NCBI RefSeq assembly: GCF_001194135.2
Contig: NC_068984.1
Coordinates: 21,027,962-21,068,827, forward strand
Length of the DNA: 40,866 bases
Direction: 5' to 3'
Source: Octopus bimaculoides
Taxonomy: Eukaryota
In this document: positions 34,930 through 40,866 of the stretch, piece after piece
Position numbering within the stretch: the stretch's first letter is position 1
Layout of the letters: every line of letters begins with the position of its first letter
The notes under the pieces: model-generated
Told to the model about the DNA's origin: nothing
Seen by the model: the letters and a program-made list of their open reading frames with translations, nothing else
The model's database searches: none
Program-made: the position numbers and the translations under genes

Positions 34930-37270
34930 ACTGTCGTAGAATGAAATGCCGCTGAAAGAAATAAAGGCCGACATAAAGTTATCTCGAGGGCTAAGCAATT
35001 TGCTGGCATTTTAGTACTCTTCAAGAGTGAAGCTCTGTCCGTCTGATACTCCGTGGTTCTTTGTCAGAGCGATGAATATGTTCTCTGTTCATCAAATTTA
35101 GAAAGGAGGATGGTAAGAATGAAGATCTCGGGAGTTATATATGGTGAATATATGGTGGATCACTGCATGCATCGTCTTAGAAGGAAGTAACACCAGCTTC
35201 TTAAAGATGAAGTGATCCCGTCGTGATAACTGGTCTAGGATCAGTGTGGAGGTGCTACACCAAATCAAACCAGACATTATCCACATGATCCCAAACCTTA
35301 TTCGCCTTCCAGGATGGGAGGAGTTGCATGTTCCGGTTCAGGGTAGAAGGCTTTTAAGCCACCTATGTGGGGAGACTGGCCACTTGAAAGCTTTCTGCAG
35401 CGAACAACAACAAAAGCGGCACCAACCCCAGCATAAAACGGTAGCATGAAGAACAGGAATAGTAAAATTAGCAACTGCTGGAACAACACCAACAACAGTA
35501 GGAACAGCAAAACTAGCAGCAGATGCACCACCACCACCACCACCACCTTCAACAGCCGAAAGAAAAACAACGGATACAAAAACATCCAAGGGCTCTGCCA
35601 ACGAACTCTTCCTCTTTCTCTGTCTCGTATAAACACAAACATACACATAGACTTTCACACAAATACAAATACACTCTCACCCATATCCGAAACTGTTTCC
35701 ACAGATACTGAAACCTCTGCATTACGAAGTAATAATGAGGGGGAAGCTCCTCATCAAAAAGATAAAAGCCAAAATAAAGCAAAAACTCACACCAACACAC
35801 ACTAAAAAAACATATAAAACACACCCAAAACAATCACAGATACATCTACAGAACACCAACCTCTCCAGCACCACAGTCGTCAATACATTCATCGCTACCA
35901 CAACTAGCGCCGCTAACACAACCGCAGCCACAACAAACTACAAAAAAACAAAAACAAAAACACGCTCAACAGCAACAACCAGCCATACAGACACAAAACA
36001 TCGCGATAATGAGGAGAGCCAACATAGAATTGACGGCCCTCATAGCACGAAGTAAGGACATTGTGAGAGAGAATGTGATCTTCGGCACGAACATCTTTCA
36101 AGCGTCAGAAACACTGATGATGGTGCGTATGCTACTGGAGACTTATAAAAAAATTAGGAATTTTCCTTCGCGAATAGACTTTTAAGGGTGTTCCCAAAAG
36201 AATTCCAACCAGATTTGTAGGTCAAACCACTTGACCTTCAACGGGTAAGTAGCTCCCATTTTTCTTCTCCTAAATCTCTCCGGCCATTACGGCGGGTTTA
36301 AGAGTGGGTTACATAAATGTTCATGGCCTGGGATTGCCCTAGAAGCAAGGTCACCTGCTCACCGACCTCAAGTCACTAGCTATAGATATGACGGCTATCA
36401 TTGAAACTGGAATTCTTGACACACACGCACTAGCCCCTATTTTCGACGACTTCGAGGTCTACATATCTCTTAGTTGGCCTGAAATGGGAGGCGTGGGTGG
36501 CAGTGTTGTTTAATAAAGGCCTGGATCTCGAGGTACAGACGATCTTCCTGGAACCGTAAGGTAAGTTAGTGGTCCTGGACGTAAACGGTAGTGCAGATAG
36601 TGTTTTCAAACTAGTCATTGTGTATGCCCCTACTAGGGCAGGGAAGCCGGATTTCTTCAGACGTTTGGAGGTTTTCCTTGTAAAGTCTCGCATTTTATTG
36701 TTAGTGGGCGATTTGAACTCTATCTTGGATGCACGCCTGAACTGTGAACGGCTAGCCGATAGCTATAAAAGCCTCATAATCCTGTTCAGTCGCTTCTAAC
36801 TCTCAGACAGATACCGACTGGACTTCCAGAATGCGCCAAATAGGGATATAGGCAAACAGTATCGGATCATCCAGATCGTATCTTGATAGAGTAAGTTGTA
36901 GGCCTGTAGACAGAAGTATCATAAGTTATCTACAGTTCAAAGTCAGCTTAGCAAAGCACAAATTTGTGATCTGTTCGGACGACATAGATAGGATCCATAG
37001 GCAGGACCCCGGACACTGGAAGCTGAACACGTCCTTCCCGGCGCATCAAGCTTTCAGAGACCGGATTAGCAAGTTAGTCCATTGGAAGAACAACCGATAG
37101 TGGATAGCCCTGAAAAGGGCTTTTAGAGTAGAGGCGGTAGGGCTTAGTAAGGAAATAGCTTTAAAGGAATCTAGGGAGACCTACTTAGGAAGCTAGAAGC
37201 TTAGGAGAGGCATAGCAACTGACGCGCATTAAATCATAGAGAGGGTGGGTAAAGAACCTGGCATGAGTGG
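34930..37270 (+). mobile_element. L1/Tx1-like LINE 5' half: ORF1 with zinc knuckle and ORF2 APE endonuclease, decayed; RT absent
   Basis: ORF1: V.VQGRRLL-SHLCGETGHLKAFC (S-x2-C-x4-H-x4-C, 35357-35398) followed by a low-complexity linker. ORF2 from about 36298: LRVGYINVHGL..AIIET..VAVLF..VYAPT..LLVGDLNSILD..SYLDR..GHWKLNTS. Confidence 0.88.
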
Positions 37271-37299
37271 GGCCCTTTCGATAAGCTCGGTCACCAACA

Positions 37300-37500
37300 T
37301 ATGTATGTATGTATGTATGTATGTGTTTGCATTATGCTTGTTCCTCCCCACCGCCTGACATCGGTATTGGTTTGTTTATATTACCGTAACTGCGAGGTTC
37401 GGCAAACAAGACCGATAGAATAAATACCAAGCTTTAAAAAGCAAGTACTGTGGTCGATTTGTACGATTTAAACATTTCAAGGCGGTTTCCGAGCATTGAC
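37300..37500 (+). mobile_element. SINE family A 3' half starting at a (TATG)n tract
   Basis: CCACCGCCTGACATCGGTATTGG..GGTTCGGCAAACAAGACCGATAGAATAAATAC..GTGGTCGATTTG..AAGGCGG matches 29720-29870. Confidence 0.75.
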
Positions 37501-37973
37501 AAAAGGATACAGATACGGAAAAAATGGTTGGTTTTGATGAGAGAGAATATTCCATCTATTTTCTTTCATTACAGAAGAAGCGTACCCTTGGTTGCATTTT
37601 CCTATGCGTCCTTTTTCAAGACAGTAAGATGTCGGCTGGGGAATATCTGGTTGGTATTTCTAGAAAGCAGTTCAAATGACTACATAGAAACTCTCTCGTT
37701 TATTCGCCTCTATCTATTGTAAATAAGGCAAGGGATCATGGTGGACTAATCCTTAACCAAGCTACTACACACATTCAAGAATGAGGCGATGAAGGAGCCT
37801 CTACGCAGTCGCTGTCTTTGATCATGGGCTCAATCAGATTTGACCCGGAGCTAAACAACAAAGACAACGAGACGATGACAGTAACAATAACCCATTTTAT
37901 ATCCGTAGTACGATTTGAAATCAGCAAAGATAAGATAGCCTGGTAGCAGTGTAAAATATCCTGATATGTGTAT

Positions 37974-37975
<2 letters not shown>

Positions 37976-38052
<77 letters not shown>
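37976..38052. repeat. (GT)n microsatellite
   Basis: Direct observation. Confidence 0.98.
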
Positions 38053-38057
<5 letters not shown>

Positions 38058-38610
38058 CATGATGTCTGTTTGACACCAGCCATCAAATAGCATGAGATAG
38101 AATGACCAGGACAAGTATCCAATGACACGGTGGATCTCAACTCTTGAGAATGTGAAGATTAAAGTAGCATCTGTTCTCGACTACAGAGACAAAGTAAAAT
38201 TTGAAGTCAAAACAGAAAATTTAGGAAGCACTGGTTAAATATACAATGCAACTGCTAATTACAATTATGAGCCGTGCCTCCACATCCAAAGAAGTTTCAA
38301 CAAGGTCATTCTGCTAGCTGCAAATAGCAGCCATATCTTTCCACAAATCCCGCCTTTCAGAGGAATATTTGCGGCCCTTCACACCTGCTACTGTTTTACT
38401 ACGCTTCTGACGTGAGACCGTATCATTGTCGCATACTTAGAGCCGATTCAAATGACTGCGCCCATCCCATCTCGTATATCTATGTGACCTTGTGCCAGTG
38501 AGCTAAATCTATACTCATCAAATTCTATATATTTCAGTGTCCACCATACTTTTCGTTTCCTGTAAACTTTCATTTGACACGCCGTTCCTATTTGCTTATA
38601 TTATATTTAA

Positions 38611-38900
38611 CTAGTAGTATCCGGTTTTGCCAGGGTTCATAAGTAACTGAAACAAATTGCTAGCAAAGATATTTTCAAAAAACACGTGATCGTTTTTCAC
38701 ACCAACTACGCGTTGAAACATAGTATACTGAAGAAAACAAAAAATTAAAAGAACAAAAAACAAAATAAATTTACACATCACACTAATTTTGGAAATGTTT
38801 TAATTAGAGGAAATAATATGTGGAAAAAATGAAAGTATATAAAAGTAAAACGATATCAGTATTAAAAATAATCAAATAAAACGTTATCAAAACCTGGCTT
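38611..38900 (-). mobile_element. Non-autonomous Helitron, 3' terminus at 38611
   Basis: rc CCCTGGCAAAACCGGATACTA-CTAG|T is a decayed version of the hairpin-plus-CTAG end at 29930-29957. The 5' extent is uncertain. Confidence 0.6.
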
Positions 38901-38949
38901 CACGTGTAGAGTAGGAAAATTGATACATAATATATTAACATACAATCAC

Positions 38950-39196
38950 ATGTGTGTATGTATGTATGTATGTATGTATGTGTATGTATGTATGTATGTG
39001 TATGTATGTATGTATGTATGTATGTGTATGTATGTATGTATGTATGTATGTGTGTATGTATGTATGCATGCATGTATGTATGTATGTTTGTGTGTATGTA
39101 TGTATGTGTGTATGTATGTATGTATGTATGTATGTGTGTATGTATGTATGTATGTGTGTATGCGTGTATGTATGTATGTATGTATGTATTATGTAT

Positions 39197-39232
<36 letters not shown>
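38950..39232. repeat. Compound (TATG/TG)n followed by (CA)n
   Basis: Direct observation. Confidence 0.95.
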
Positions 39233-39237
<5 letters not shown>

Positions 39238-39339
39238 TATATATGAAGAAATTTAAGTATAAAAACCATAGGCAAATTATTTAGTTGCTCAGTTTGATGT
39301 TTCCAATAAAAAAAAATTAATATCAAATAAAATTCAAAA

Positions 39340-39663
39340 AAATGTTCCCAACCGAATTCAGTGGGATTTGAACTCTTAGCGTAAAGGACAAGAACAAATA
39401 CCACATGACACATTTCTGACGCTTTAACGATCCTGCAAATCCATCGTCCAGTTAGTAATTCTTTCTACACTTGGTACAGACCTAAAGTCATGGGGAAGGG
39501 GACTTGTTGATTACATCGATCCTAGTGCTTGACTGGTACTTATTTTATCGACCCCAAAAGGAATGAATGGTAAAGTCGCTTCGGCGGAATTTGAACTCAA
39601 AACGCAAAGACTGACAAGATGCCGCTAAGCCCTGCATGCTAACGATTTCACCATCTCTCCGCG
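39340..39663 (-). mobile_element. SINE family C (39457-39663) plus an adjacent C-like head fragment (39340-39449)
   Basis: TACATCGATCCTAGTGCTTGACTGGTACTTATTTTATCGACCCC..TCGGCGGAATTTGAACTC. The second fragment has GGATTTGAACTC..GTAAAGGAC. Confidence 0.8.
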
Positions 39664-40415
39664 ATGATAATAATGGTTTATGTAAAATATTTTGAGTAGT
39701 TTATAATGTCTGGTGTCAAGTTGCACTTTGATACAAAGTTTTTAACTCTAAAATTTCAACCAGTGAACAGCCGAAAGAGAACTAAAGGACTAACACACAC
39801 ACACACACACACATGGACAGACACATACACAGGCTATTTAAAAAGATTTTAACCCTTTTTTTTTCTCTTTTCTCTTTCATTGACAGACATTTGCTGAATT
39901 CCAACAGTGAATTTTATCTGTTCCAGGTATCAAATTAGTTTATGGAAGTTCTTAATTCCCCACGGTGAAATAATTTATCGTAAGGTGAGACTGGTGTATC
40001 TTCCATCGTTTAGATTTTTTTTTTTTATCAGTCTTAGCAATACTTTTCCTTATCTTCTTCACACTTCTCTCATATTCTTTTACACCTTTCTGATTATCTT
40101 TCTCTCTCACTCTCTCTTTCTCCCTCCCTCTGTATATTCATTTCTCTTTCTGGTTTAATATTTATTATTTCTCTTATCTGCCAGTCTATCTATCAGACTG
40201 CCTTTCTCACAAAAAGCGTATTAATATGTATATTTATAGGCAGTTCAGTCATTAGTCTTCAGATTTTGGAATGGAGTGATTCCGGCCAGAAAGATTACCC
40301 GAAGATCATCTCCAACAAATAGGAAACCAGGAGTAGTAAGTACCTTGACGCTGAATTTCGCATCACTCGAAATTTATATATATGTATGTACACACACTCA
40401 CACACTCACACACAC

Positions 40416-40467
<52 letters not shown>

Positions 40468-40495
40468 AATTAAATATATATATATATATGTGTGT

Positions 40496-40866
40496 ATAGA
40501 AATAATACATTTCTCAGAGAGATTTATGCAGTAGTGATGCGATAAAGTAGTTGTATGCTGTCAACTTAATATGACAGTCCCATGAAGGGAATAATACTAC
40601 TGCTATTCAGCCCTAGGAAGCTGCACCGCTTCCTGTCGGCCTTGACACATTTCCTGTGTCCTTATGTTTACAAGGGGGAGACAAGCACCTCCACTTAGCT
40701 AAGCCTGCATCCAGAGACATGTTTCTGAGTCTTTGCTCGTCATCAGTCTGGAGTAGCAATGGCCTGCTAGTTGGAGATGCCTGTCAAGCTCTCGTAAACC
40801 TATAATAATTCTAGTGAAACACATTCACTGATTTCAAAAATAGAAATAATACATTTCTCAGAGAGA
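40496..40866 (-). mobile_element. 344-bp direct-repeat-bounded unit (Penelope pLTR or retrozyme-like)
   Basis: ATAGAAATAATACATTTCTCAGAGAGA (27 bp) is identical at 40496-40522 and 40840-40866 (window end). The unit contains a hammerhead motif and several hairpins. Confidence 0.7.
40710..40752 (-). ncRNA. Minimal type I hammerhead ribozyme
   Basis: Minus strand: UCCAGA-CUGAUGA-c GAG caaaga CUC a-GAAA-CAU-GUC-UCUGGA. It has a 6-bp stem I, intact core, palindromic ACAUGU stem III and a GUC cleavage triplet. The stem II base pair is an atypical C-A. Confidence 0.75.

Noticed and set aside
37575-37623. 49-nt AG...GT-bounded candidate micro-exon in unique sequence
   Set aside because: The peptide is not recognisable in any frame and there are no partner exons. 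It cannot be supported without RNA-seq.

Overview
AT-rich, microsatellite-dense eukaryotic (metazoan) DNA with 11 assembly gaps (about 4.5 kb of N). The SINE families and TE mix suggest a coleoid cephalopod such as Octopus; this is my inference and is not database-checked. I found no credible host protein-coding exon, tRNA, rRNA or CRISPR. Nearly all ORFs in the track are microsatellite, gap or decayed-TE translations. The window is a transposon graveyard containing: at least 4 SINE families; five RTE-clade LINE fragments; two stacked Dong/R4-like (restriction-like endonuclease) LINE 3' ends; a Penelope-like element (RT thumb plus GIY-YIG); the 5' half of an L1/Tx1 LINE; four Helitron pieces; and a mariner-type MITE remnant. 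The most notable signal is at the window end: a minimal type I hammerhead ribozyme (40710-40752, minus strand) inside a highly structured 344-bp direct-repeat-bounded unit. This is a candidate Penelope pLTR or retrozyme.
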